A DNA stretch of 64,000 nucleotides from Octopus sinensis (Eukaryota). The notes below the pieces were generated by a model, which saw only the letters and a list, made by a program, of their open reading frames with translations, had not been told where the DNA came from and searched no databases. The stretch lies in assembly GCF_006345805.1 (NCBI RefSeq), contig NC_043004.1, forward strand, positions 30,070,001 through 30,134,000, given 5' to 3'. How positions within the stretch are numbered: position 1 is the first letter of the stretch; every line of letters starts with the position of its first letter. The position numbers and the translations under genes are program-made. This document shows, one piece after another, positions 52,414 to 64,000 of the stretch.

Positions 52414-55321
52414 TTCTATCACATACATGCCTATATCCATCCGTCCGTCTGTCCGTACGTACGTACATACATGTTGGTTGCAACTCCATTTCGAGCAATG
52501 CCAAAGATTGATTGTTCTCTTAGAGCAACATGGATATGATTTTTCAGCTCTGCATGAGACCTGCACACTTTTGCACAAAAGTTTACCACCCACGCTGACA
52601 CAAGCCTTCATTCCATCATGATATTTTTCATACTATTGCCAGCCATATTATGCAACACATTATATGAATGTTTAAAAAAATCAAGCGATGCTTGTACTTG
52701 ATGCTTTTTAAAGTGAGGAAATGCCTTTTACAGGGCCAAACTCTAAACAAGGGATGCATTTTCCCCAAAAGAAGAACTAGTCTACATCATTAAATGCAAA
52801 CAAAGTCGCTGGTGGTACATCAGACTTTTCCTTCTCATTGAAAAGTGGGCTGGCTCTCACAGTTGTTGTATAGCCATTGACTCAACTGACTTCAACTGCC
52901 CTTTGACAGGTTTTGTTTTTCGTTCAACGAAAACCACCCATGTAGCCGACGGTCCGACCATGCTGCACCAGTAGCACTAAGAGTGACCTTACATACATAA
53001 ATACATACATACATTCGTACACACACATACGTGTGTGAATGTGAGGGTGCATTGGTTTCTTTTCATTATACAAGTTTTTTAATTCATGGCAAATAAACTG
53101 TTATGTTGTTAATGGAAGGTTTGTGACATCAACTGTGACTCGAAACGACTTCTCAATATTGGTTTACAAATACTCCATTATATTTAAGCTTAGAACTCTG
53201 TGGAAAGTCCCATAGAGCAAAAGGTGGTTGAACTGGATCCACGAATCATTCTAGTTTCCTAATGGATTTGCAGTCTCTTTTTTCCAACGCTGCTGATACT
53301 GTGGGGGAAAGGCGTGAAATCACTTCTTTGATCTCCTTTTCGATATGTCATCTATATTCTTCCTTGGAAGAAACCAAATAGCAATTTGGAAATTTTATTT
53401 CAAATATGAGTTTGACAGTATAATTATATAAAGAGAAATTTAATACCACAATGTTAAACCGAGGTTTTCTGAACTCTGATACTAGAAATAAGAGGAAAAC
53501 GTGGTTCGCTTTCTGTTTTCTATTGAATTACATTTCCTAAGTTTACCGACAATTTGTATACGACTTGAAATTACGAAATTGCGTACAATTTCCTAAAGCG
53601 ATTGATAATTTTTTTTTTATCTCACTTAACTTCAAGTTTACCTGAAATACTTAATCAAAAACACCAATATTTTTAAGTGAAAAAAATTAACGTTTGAGAA
53701 CGGAACAGGAGAAAACTATTCAACACTTTAGCTATATTTCTGTTGAGATACGCTGCCTTTGTTTCAGTTTATTTTTTAAAATAATGAAGGATTTAATAAA
53801 ATACATTTGTAGGTATTAAGCTATTGTTTGGAACCTAAATTAACGTAAAATTTTCGTGGAAGGTTTTCATTTAGACCATTTTAAAACATAAAGCTTGTAT
53901 CATAGAATCAGAATTCTTTTCTTTTTAAGATGAATTAACATTTTCTTTGTCTGAGGACTAAGAATGTTGTTCATTGTTCTTTTTGTCTTCTTTCAGTCAT
54001 TGCACAACGACCATGTTGGGGCATAATCTTCAAGAGTTTTCGTAATACATAGAAATGAACAATGAAAGATGACTATGGAGGACATAAGCGCACACACACT
54101 ATCTCTCTCATTCTCTTACACACACACACACACTCTCTCTCTCTCTTACGCACGCACACGTGCGCACACGCACACACAAGACGACAGATTTTTCAAGCAA
54201 TTTCCGTCTTCGAAATTCTACTCTAAAGACAAACTAACTGTCGGTTCGAACGTAGAACCGCGTGGTTGCGAAACGAACTTCTTAACCATGCAATCAGGAA
54301 TGTAGTCATAGCGCACAAGTAGTTCTGGTTTGGAGAATCACTTTTGGACCAAATTGTAGCTGTTGTTTTTGACTTTAGCAATTATAATTCAAGTTTTGAG
54401 GTAATATTGGACTAAAGTTTTCGCCATATCATCGTCATATTTTAAATTAAATTTTATTTTTGTTACTTTTTATTGATCATTTCAGTATTGCACTATCAAA
54501 ATATAATGTCCAGTCGTTTTTGTGGATAAATTTTCACTGTAATTACTGCGTATCAAACATTAAGACAATTAATATAAAGATATTAGCATTTAAAATACCG
54601 ATTCTATAACTGTCCTCAATCAACCAAACTTCTCACCTTTCTTCGCATGTAAATTCAATTCCATATCAGTCTTTTACTAGTTTTTACTCTCGATTTTTGA
54701 TGTTCGATATTTCTACCTTGTTAAGTTTTTGCATTTAATGTCGCCGTCTTTGAACAAAGATCGATTCAAACTTTAGAATCGATTTTGGATAAATCCATCT
54801 ATCGAACTTATATTCACGTTTTCATCAACAAACTGTATATAATTAGTTGCTTTTTTTTTTTACTTCAAACATTAAAAACTTTCAGTTTTTCCTATTTATT
54901 ACGATCTGACTTTCTCACGTGTATTCTTCGAATAATTTCTTGCTAAACCATTCAGTTGCATGTGATTTATGACTTCCAGACTTTTTTTTTTAATTAGCAC
55001 CACCAGAATAAGTTTGTCCGTCATCATTACAATAATCATTATCGTTGTCCTTGTGTCATGAGCATTTGTTGTAATTCTTCTGTAGTTTGTTTTGCTGATC
55101 GAAAAATTATATTTCAAAGATATTATTTCCATGCTATGGGTTATGGAATTGTTTAAGGGAGTAGCGAGCCACCGCATACGTTGGTCTATAAATGGACTGG
55201 ATATACAAGACGACCCCCAAAATTTCCTTTTAAAAATTAGGCTTGAAGCTATACTCGCTGGCAGTGGCTGGGAGGTGTGTGTGGCAGACCCCTCTGTAAC
55301 AGTAGGGACATCATTCTTATT

Positions 55322-55550
55322 ATTCTTTTATTTGTTTCAGTCATTTGACTGGGGCCATGCTGGAGCACTACCTTAAGTCGAATAAAATTGATCTTAGTTG
55401 AACAAATCGACCCCAGAACATATTCTTTTGTAAGCCTAGCTCTTATTATATCGGTCTCTATTGCCAAACCGCTTAGTTACGGTGACATAACACACCAACA
55501 TCGGTTGTCAAACGGTAGTGGTGGGTCAAACATAGGCACAAACACACAAA
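55322..55550 (-). mobile_element. SINE 3' half
   Basis: Homologous to 31779-31980. Confidence 0.75.
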
Positions 55551-55789
55551 TATATACATCGTCAAGCTTAATAACATCAACACATGCACCACCGGCAACA
55601 TACGCAGAGACAGTAACACTACCGACACAACCACAATCTCCAGTGACGCCACAATCAACAGCCCCAGCTCCAGCACCACCAGAATCAACACCATTGGTAG
55701 CGCCAGCAGCAGCAACAACATCGACAACTACAACCGCAACAACAACAGCACCGACAGTAATAACAGGCACGTCACCGACTCCACACAGC

Positions 55790-56100
55790 CAAAGAATTAC
55801 ATTAGTTGCGTGGGAACTTCCTTTAAGAAACATCCTTCCAACCATAGATCCTCCTTCAGGGTCCCGGAAAGGAGATATGTAAAATCGCTGGCCAGCCATA
55901 TCTGGCAACTGAAGGAAGATAGAATTCCATACTTGATATCACGGAAATTCTTCTACCGTCTGAGTCTGTACAGCAATGGAACGAAACGCTGCAAGCTATG
56001 TGTAGCCAAACGCATGGAAATCCTGAAAAACTCGTACATACCAGGACCATACTGAACTCCAGAATGGAGATTTCTGTTACCATTTTGAGAACTGCATAAT
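55790..56100 (+). mobile_element. Degenerate Neptune-type PLE GIY-YIG fragment
   Basis: GTSFKKHPSNHRSSF...SLASHIWQLKE...KRCKLCVAKRMEILK...LNSRME; homologous to 37080-37604. Confidence 0.75.
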
Positions 56101-56398
56101 AGTGGTAATAGCGGTTTAAGCAATAATTATACCACAACTGGAAACTGATTGCTGATGAGAGTAGGAGATAACCCCCTACCTTTTACCCTCATAACTGACA
56201 GGTGGTGTAGCTGAAGGAGGACGACAGAGCTGGAAGGGGATAATCCTCATTATTTGGATCTGTATCGTTTATACCTCCATATTTTAAAGAGGCCATAAGC
56301 CAACAGATCTTAGGGTCTGAAGGTACACCATAAAGGTACCCTTTATGGTGAGAAACTTAGTGTAACCCTATAAACCAGCCTTCACCGGTAATATATAT

Positions 56399-56442
<44 letters not shown>

Positions 56443-56450
56443 ATACAATG

Positions 56451-56608
56451 GGCTTCTTTCAGTTTCTGCCTACCAAATCCACTCACAAGGCTTGGTCGGC
56501 CTGAGGCTATAGTAGAAGACACTTGTCCAAGGTGCCATTCAGTGGGACTGAACCCAGAACCATGTAGTTGGGAAACAAGCTTCTTACCACACAGCCTATG
56601 CCTGTGCC
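56451..56608 (-). mobile_element. tRNA-derived SINE head
   Basis: Homologous to 32041-32196. Confidence 0.8.
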
Positions 56609-58249
56609 TAAGCCAAATGTTTTGATATATGTTGAACCAAAGCCAAAACTTGTAACGTACTTATAAATATATTTTACCAGCTGCAACAGAATATAACATC
56701 GGATCAAGTCCCTTTAATTGTATATATAAGCAGCACAGTTCTAAGATGTAAATAAAAAAGTAAAACACGTATAAAATCTGCCTGTTTCATTTATTATTGA
56801 AAATAATAATGACACCAGCACACAGAGCCGGCCCCAAAGGGCTTGTAACCTTCTGTTATATAAAAATTTATTGTGATTGGCCAGTCATAGAAGGTTTTAT
56901 CTGTTCTAGGACTGTAGGAGCAATGCGAATGTTTTAGGCTGTTCCCCTTGGCCATTGGTGATGCTCTAAACCACAGCATGTTATGGTTCAGATTTTACAC
57001 TCAGTGTTTAAGATGACCCTTGGTTTTGAAGTGATATTTCAAAGGTTCAAATTCTGCCCTGTGCATCAACATATTCTACATGATTTTGTTTTGTTTTTAT
57101 GATTCTACCTTTCATTATCACATCACCCAAGAATTAATTAATCAATACCAGGTATATATTAGGAGGTAAATTGTGTTGCTATGCCTAAGTCACTAAACTC
57201 TATGCTAGTGTCGTGACTTTTACATCAAAGCAGACTGTAGAGTCATTACTATAATTTACTTAAACAGAGCCGAGTTGTTTCATCACTTGATAGTAATGAC
57301 TTAGGTACCTTCTCCTTACGAGGATGAATGTCTCTTAATCATTTTACAAATGAAAACATGGAGAAGCTTCAGTATAAAATAAGCCCTTCCAGTAAGAGAG
57401 ACAGAAAATTTTGGCAATTTCTGATAACTCAAAAGAATCTGTAGCTACAGAATTTTTCATGGAAGAATGCTAGAGAATGAATTCCTGTTGACTCTTCCAG
57501 ACCCACAAAATTCAAACCTGTTACTGAAAAGAAACAAAACATTAATTTATTAATGCACTTTATGCATACTACAAAGAGTCTAACCAGCCCCTTATTTACT
57601 GCTAGGAAGGCTGGATGTGATTACTCTTGGAAGTAAATGCTAAAATTACCAAATGTATGCATTAAACATGACAAGTGAAAAAAAAAAAAAAAATTCTTGA
57701 AAAGATTTGAACGGAGGGAGCCTGAAAACTGGGGAAGATGTAATGGCTAATCCCCTCCCTGCAAAATTACTGCTGTTGACAGGAATTCATCATTTTTCGT
57801 GTTGATATTGTTGTTGTTAGTGTAATTCCTCAATAAATTATGCTCTGAATCATCAGAAATACTTTTTCCCCTCTCTTTTTCTGTATGGCAGACGTTAGAA
57901 GTAGAATTAAAGACAGCAACTAACTGCTTATTATTCCCAACAGCTCCAGCTTCTTGTGGTACAATTTTACTGAAAATAATTCGTTTTTGAAAGATTTTTC
58001 AAGATAATAATTTATTTAATTATAAAGCGGCTAACCTCAGATAATGATATGGAGCTTGTAATTTAGTAATTTTGTTTTCGAAAATTCCAGAATAAAATCC
58101 ATCAAGTGATCTGAAAAATCATGTTCCTTCTCATGGTAATCGATCCACAGGGAAAACTTTTGCAACAAAAATGAAGAAAAAAATTAAAATAGAAATACAC
58201 ATAAAAACAACAAATAACAAGAAAGCTGTTATATTTTCAAAACAATAAA

Positions 58250-58640
58250 CAGTGGTGGTAGTAGTAGTAGTAGTAGTAGTAACATTGGCAGCAATTGTAG
58301 TAGTGGTTGCTAAGTAACAGCAATAACAACAAAAACAATATTCTTCAATATTATTGATTTTGTTTTTCAGAATTAAATATTTAAAGAATTTCTTCAAAAT
58401 TGTTCAGAAATATTCAAGTTTATAGTAGTAGTAGTAGCAGTAGTAGTAGTAGTAGTGATGGTGGTGGTGTTATTAGTAGTACAAATGATAGTAATAGTTG
58501 TAGTACTGGTAATGTTAATAGTAGTTCTACTACTAGTAATATTTGTGGTAGTAATAGCAGCATTGGCAGTGGTAGTAGTTGTAGTGGTGATGGTAATGAT
58601 ATTAGTAATAGCAGTAGCAGCAGTAATAGTAGTAGTAGTA
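58250..58640. repeat. (TAG)n-type degenerate trinucleotide tracts
   Basis: Directly visible; explains the Thr/Ser-rich ORFs. Confidence 0.85.
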
Positions 58641-59568
58641 GACTGGGTCAATTTTACTAGATTAATCATATGGCTCAAGGCAGAGTAGATACATTCCAGG
58701 AACTGAGAGCTGACAGTAGATAGCTCAGAGAATCTCAGAGCTTTAGAATAACTCAGTTGAAATACAGATTCATCAGACATATAATGATAGGGTTAGTAGA
58801 GCACAGGAAGAAAATGTCTTCTATATCTGAACTGAAATCTCACCAAGGTTAATTTCACAATAATCATGCCCCTATACCCACAGGTCAATAAATAAGTACC
58901 AGTTATATACTGTGTTCTGTTTGATTGATCATGCACTCTTTTATAGTCTGTTGGTTTGTGTTAATGTTAGAAATCCATGTTAAACTTCATTAATTTAAAA
59001 GCATTAAATTAAGAATTCTGGCTGCACACATCGAAAATATATTTGTTTAATTACATATTCATTAACGTTTTAGTGACTCTAATTGAATTAATTGCTATTT
59101 ATTAGAAAATGTTCTGCTGTTTTCCCAAATTTGCATAAGTAGAACTTCTTTGATTGATTACAACTTTGAGAAACCATGACAAACATAATTCTTAAAGAGG
59201 ACATAGAATTTGATTTCCTAGATATTTTAATGTAAGGGAATAAGTGTTTAGATTCATAAAGAACAATAAGGTGATGTTGTGGAGTCCCTTGCTGTTCTAA
59301 GAGTTGATAACCATATGAAGAACACAAGGGAATATTCTTGTTAAGATGGCAATATTAATTTGAACAGTGTCTATCCTCCTCCTTCTCCAAAACGATTACA
59401 TTTTGGTTGTTTGCTGAATTTTTTTCTTGAGAACATTTCTTAGTGGTAAGACCATAGCAGATCTATTTCTAGCATAAGGGTGTCCACATAGTGGTTACCC
59501 CTCTCATACGTATATATGTATACACACACACACACACTCATAGACACACACACACACACATATATATA

Positions 59569-59964
59569 TGTAGTGACGCTATTTTGGAAGTTTCAGCGTG
59601 CATGCGCAGAGTTGGATTGTTTCCGGTAGGCCGCCAGAAGTTCCCTCATGCGCATGCGCAGGAACTGCAAACTGAAAGCGTTCCTGCTAAATCTTTCCTT
59701 TTGGAAGAGCAGCCCTAATGAGCGGCCGTGACTAAAACTTCTCTCAGGGAAAACCCTACACATAGAGAAGCTCTCTTTGAAGCAGGAACAGAGACAGCAT
59801 CTTCTTGGCTCACACAAGTGAACATTTATGAACAGTTTTGTGGACTAGGTTGCCGGCTCACCCGTAAGAAATATATGTGTATATATTTTTATCTGTAAAA
59901 CCCAGAAAATAAATTATTATTCATTGCTATTGAAGACAGTTGGATTTTGGTTCTCTCTTCAACA
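59569..59964 (+). mobile_element. Possible solo LTR
   Basis: TGTAGTGACG...CTTCAACA ends, ~395 bp, GC-richer with GCGCATGCGC motif; TSD not evident. Confidence 0.35.
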
Positions 59965-60206
59965 ATTGTATGTAACAAGATAAGACAGACACCCCTCAAA
60001 TGTTCCTGAGACCTTCATCTTGTTACATATGATGAGCACAGTTATTAGATAACCATTCAGTTTCCTTATATCCAGTGCAAAACTGATTGGTAAAATTAGC
60101 TGTAATGGATCTATGATACTGTATACTTCGATTAATACACACACACATACATACACATGTAAGTGTGTGTGTGTGTGTGTGTGTGTGTACCTGTGCATGC
60201 ATGAAA

Positions 60207-60588
60207 TCTCTCTCTATATAAACGGCAGTTTGTCTGTCTGCGTGTCTGTGAGTCTGTTAGGTTGTACCCTCACCCTGACCACGGCTTTCAACCGATTCTG
60301 ATGAAACTTGACACACACATAGCCCAATGTCATAATTCAAAACTAACGCAACGAAAATTTGGAAAAGTTCCCCAGTTCTGAAAAAAATCGATAAATTCGA
60401 CATGGGCTCGAGAATCAGAAACACAAACCACAGACTGTCTAGGGGACGCAACTCGACCTTTTTAACTCTCAAAAAAATTTACCATCATTTTTTTTCTATA
60501 TTTTTGCTATTTTTTGGCTATAACTCTCTAAAAATGCTTTATAGTTATTTCCCTTACAAACCCGAGCAACGCCGGGCGATACTGCTAG
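60207..60588 (+). mobile_element. Non-autonomous Helitron
   Basis: A|TCTCTCTCTATATAAAC...CCCGAGCAACGCCGGG...CTAG|T; the 3' end is shared with the element at 51881-52271. Confidence 0.82.
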
Positions 60589-60852
60589 TGAATATATAAA
60601 ATATCTATTCCAATCTACATACTCTTTAATTTATTGTGTGTGTGTGTCCTCTTGTTTAAGTTGTTCTGCTTCCCCTTGTTTTTCCTTTCGAATTCATTTT
60701 GTAAGGCTGGTAGTTTGATGCTGGTAGTGGCATTCCATATTAGCTGGTGTCTGTCACTAGACCAAAGACCATTTTAAAGTATGCAGTGACTATATTGTGA
60801 TCCAGAACCCATGGTGAACAAGAATTGGGTTGATGACATTACACAAAGACAG

Positions 60853-61062
60853 ACTCTTTTACTCTTTTACTTGTTTCAGTCATTTGACTGCGGCCATGCT
60901 GGAGCACCGCCTTTAGTCGAGCAAATCGACCCCGGGACTTATTCTTTGTAAGCCCAGTACTTATTCTATCGGTCTCTTTTGCCGAACCGCTAAGTGACGG
61001 GGACGTAAACACACCAGCATCGGTTGTCAAGCAATGCTAGGGGGACAAACACAGACACACAA

Positions 61063-61093
<31 letters not shown>

Positions 61094-61247
61094 CATATAT
61101 ACGACAGGCTTCTTTCAGTTTCCATCTACCAAATCCACTCACAAGGCATTGGTCGGCCTGGGGCTATAGCAGAAGACACTTGCCCAAGATGCCACGCAGT
61201 GGGACTGAACCCGGAACCATGTGGTTGGTTAGCAAGCTACTTACCAC
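60853..61247 (-). mobile_element. Complete bipartite SINE
   Basis: Nearly identical to 31779-32196. Confidence 0.88.
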
Positions 61248-61763
61248 GAGGAGAAGATATTACCTAAAGGTTAGCAGGAACTAATGTATACCCACATGAC
61301 TTCTATAGTACACTTGACTGTTATAGCTTGTTTCTTGGAGTTCCTCTTTCACTTCTTTAATCAGAAAGTCCATCTGATGGCCATAATACATAGCCTTTAT
61401 ATACACCATTACAGGGCATTACCTGAGAACTTGAAAGAGATGAACTGTAGGCAAGGACCTTTACTGCAGACTAATTATTGAACTGGTCAACAGAAAAGGA
61501 ATTCTCGTTCAGCAACAAATGAGATCTGGACTCGAATGGTGGATTATGCTTTCCTTCACATTGTAGATTATTAACACAGAATAAACAATACATTCTTGTT
61601 TGTGGTTATTTTAATGTATAGCTTTGCAAAAGCCATACCAGCATACATGTATGATAGCTATAACATACAGCATTTGTGTATATCAGTATATGTGTACAAT
61701 GGCAATAATATGCAGTCCCTATATAAACCAGTATACCTGTATGATGCCTGTAACACACACACA

Positions 61764-61843
<80 letters not shown>

Positions 61844-62642
61844 CCCCTGCTACCCATCAGTAAATTCATTCCTTTTATTGTTGTCTTTATGAAAGTACTT
61901 TGCTAGCCTCCAACTCATTTTTGAAATCATATATTAGCTATTGATATCTAAAAGTACACATATTGCTGCCTGGTGTCCTACATTCTCATTTTATCATAGT
62001 TATTATCCATTATTACCCTACAATGAAGCCATGTATATTGTTCTGATGTCTTGTTCAATGATGACAGCCTAATTATTTTGTCATTTGTTAACAAATTTAA
62101 TTTGTCTTCCTTCATTTTCTCCAAGTTAAGCTTGTTCTGCTTTCCCTTCCTAATTTATATTGTCCCTTTATTATTTCTTATATACGAGACAATTGGAATT
62201 GATTTAAGCAAGGTTCAATTTTTTCTGGCAAAAATTCAAGTGAAAACCTTGTTCAAAATTCATTTGGATGATTGAAGTAGTTGTCTTTTCTTGACAAAGA
62301 TGCTAGCTTTCTGAGATTGGATATTTTGTAAGAATTGCAATCTAAATTTTCCATTGATTTATGCCAAGTGTATTTCTTAGTGCTCTTTTAGTACCCCAAG
62401 AAGTTATCTATGGAACCCTAAGGGACAATATGACTTGACTGCGATATTTGTTGAATTGACATATGTGAATCTAGTTTTTCATGAAGATATTGCGAAAATT
62501 ATCAATATATTCAACTTTATGAAGAATAGGAAATCTTTTCTTTACTGAGCTTGTGTTTAAACTTCTTTCCTTGAGATGACAGTTGTGTTCAATTATTTAT
62601 ATTATTTATATTTGACAAATGCTTGTCCTCATCTTGTTTATT

Positions 62643-62688
62643 GTTAACATGTTTCGGCTGATATACCCTCCAGCCTTCATCAGGTGTC
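62643..62688 (-). ncRNA. Degenerate PLE hammerhead motif
   Basis: ACAC-CTGATGA-A-GGCTG...CAGCC-GAAA-CATG-T; the 3' strand of stem I is damaged. Confidence 0.55.
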
Positions 62689-62777
62689 TTGGGTAAATTT
62701 TGATCCTAGGTTCTCATTCCTAAGGTATGTATCGATATTATTATTATTATTATAATTATTATTATTGTTATTGTTGC

Positions 62778-62814
<37 letters not shown>

Positions 62815-63429
62815 GAATCGAACTTGGAATCTTGGGGTTAGTAGCCCACGCACTTAACCATTATGTCATATACCTGTGGACAATTATGGAGTGAATTTTA
62901 GGGCTTATAAAACTAATATTTTCCTATCCTTCTTTAATACCAGTTCCCATATGCTATTCATATCTGCACTCAGTTTGCTTAGGAGGTTGTTGTGTCCTAG
63001 CATATGTGCTGCTTCTTTTAGTTTTCATGTTTTCCAGTGGTGTTCTCTGTCTATTATTTTAACTTCATCCCACAGGGGGAGGTGGTCCCCACTTTTCCAT
63101 ATATGATCAGCTATACCTGATTTATCAATATCTCCTAATGTCACAGCTTTGTGATGTTTGTCTACCCTTATTTTGAGGGGGCAGCACGTTTCACCTTTGT
63201 ATAACCTACCACAGCGGCATGGGATGGAGTACATGCAGTTTTTGGTCATATTCTCTTCTATTGGTGGTTTTACTCGAAGGAGATATTTGTGAAGTGTTGT
63301 ATTACTCTTGGATAGTGTTCTGATGTCATATTGGCCACTTATCTTTTGTATCTTTTTGGATAGGCCTTTCACATAGGGTAGAGAGACTGTGGGCAGTTCA
63401 TTGGTTTCATCCTCTCTTTTCTTTATAAT

Positions 63430-63486
63430 TGTAGTGGTTAAGAGCATGGGCTACTAACCCCAAGATTCCGAGTTCGATTCCAGGCA
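63430..63486 (+). other. tRNA-like segment (A and B boxes) inside the PLE terminal repeat; not a functional tRNA
   Basis: TAGTGGTTAAG (A box), GGG-CTACTAA-CCC anticodon-like arm, GAGTTCGATTCC (B box); second copy on the minus strand at 62815-62865. Confidence 0.7.
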
Positions 63487-63785
63487 GTGACATAAATAAT
63501 AATAATGATAAAAATAATAATGATAATAATAATAATGATGATGATGATGATGATGATGATGGTGATGGTGATGATGATGATGATGATGATAATAATAATA
63601 ATGATAATAATAATGATGATGATGATGATAATAATAATAATGATAATAATAATGATGATAATGATAATAATAATAATGATAATAATAATGATGATAATGA
63701 TAATAATAATAATAATAATGATAATAATAATAATAACATCGAAAAATACCTTAGGAATGAGAACTCAGGGTTGAAATTTCACCAA

Positions 63786-63829
63786 GACACGTGATGAAGG
63801 CTAGAGAGTATATCAGCCGAAACGTGTTA
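63786..63829 (+). ncRNA. Degenerate PLE hammerhead motif (inverted copy)
   Basis: ACAC-GTGATGA-A-GGCT...AGCC-GAAACGTGT; C3 is mutated to G. Confidence 0.45.
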
Positions 63830-64000
63830 ACAACAACCAAGATGAGGACAAATTTCCGTCAAATGTAAATAATCTGCATAATTCCTCATCTCTTAAATAT
63901 AGAACAGTGGTGTTAAGTCTCAACAATTTTATCAAATATTGGTTTCAAGTTTTGGCAGAAGGTCAGCAGCTTTGAGGAAGGGGCTAAGTCAATTACATCA

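Larger units (their letters stand above)
62590..63905 (-). mobile_element. 5'-truncated Penelope/Poseidon-type PLE with an inverted terminal-repeat copy
   Basis: GIY-YIG ORF 63025-63447 (LPYVKGLS...YSIPCRCGRLYKGET...HHKAV...IADHIW). The terminal repeat (tRNA-like, microsatellite, hammerhead-like) is on the minus strand at ~62590-62865 and on the plus strand at ~63430-63905. Confidence 0.85.

Noticed and set aside
57300-62560. Scattered coding-looking minus-strand stretches (e.g. WIDYHEKEHDF near 58130, MDFLIKEVKEELQ near 61370)
   Set aside because: Interrupted by stops, and no family or gene model can be supported without a homology search.
62815-63486. Functional tRNA genes
   Set aside because: No acceptor stem or full cloverleaf; both copies are embedded in PLE repeats.
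6380-63774. Numerous CVCV/HTHT/poly-Thr/poly-Met ORFs
   Set aside because: Translations of microsatellites, or antisense frames of TE ORFs.

Overview
Animal, repeat-dominated, mostly non-coding genomic DNA, most likely Octopus (inferred from recurrent tRNA-derived SINEs resembling octopus SINE families and the microsatellite load). No host protein-coding gene could be identified with confidence. The main structure is a nest at 7.8-14.2 kb. A 357-bp repeat carrying a minimal type I hammerhead ribozyme is arranged as an inverted arm plus a direct arm, bounded by a 14-bp direct repeat, and looks like a retrozyme or Penelope pseudo-LTR. A full-length (~5.5 kb) Tx1-like L1-clade retrotransposon is inserted in it with a perfect 18-bp target-site duplication, and the empty target site survives in the adjacent inverted arm. 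Other contents: a second decayed Tx1-like element; CR1 and RTE fragments; a decayed Gypsy pol interrupted by a complete 1290-bp mariner; pogo/Tigger and maT-like remnants; two non-autonomous Helitrons; a foldback MITE with a TTAGGG-like centre; four Penelope-type GIY-YIG remnants, one with tRNA-like + microsatellite + hammerhead terminal repeats; a ~1.1-kb near-spacerless palindrome; and two SINE-derived minisatellites. All alignments and structures were done by eye.
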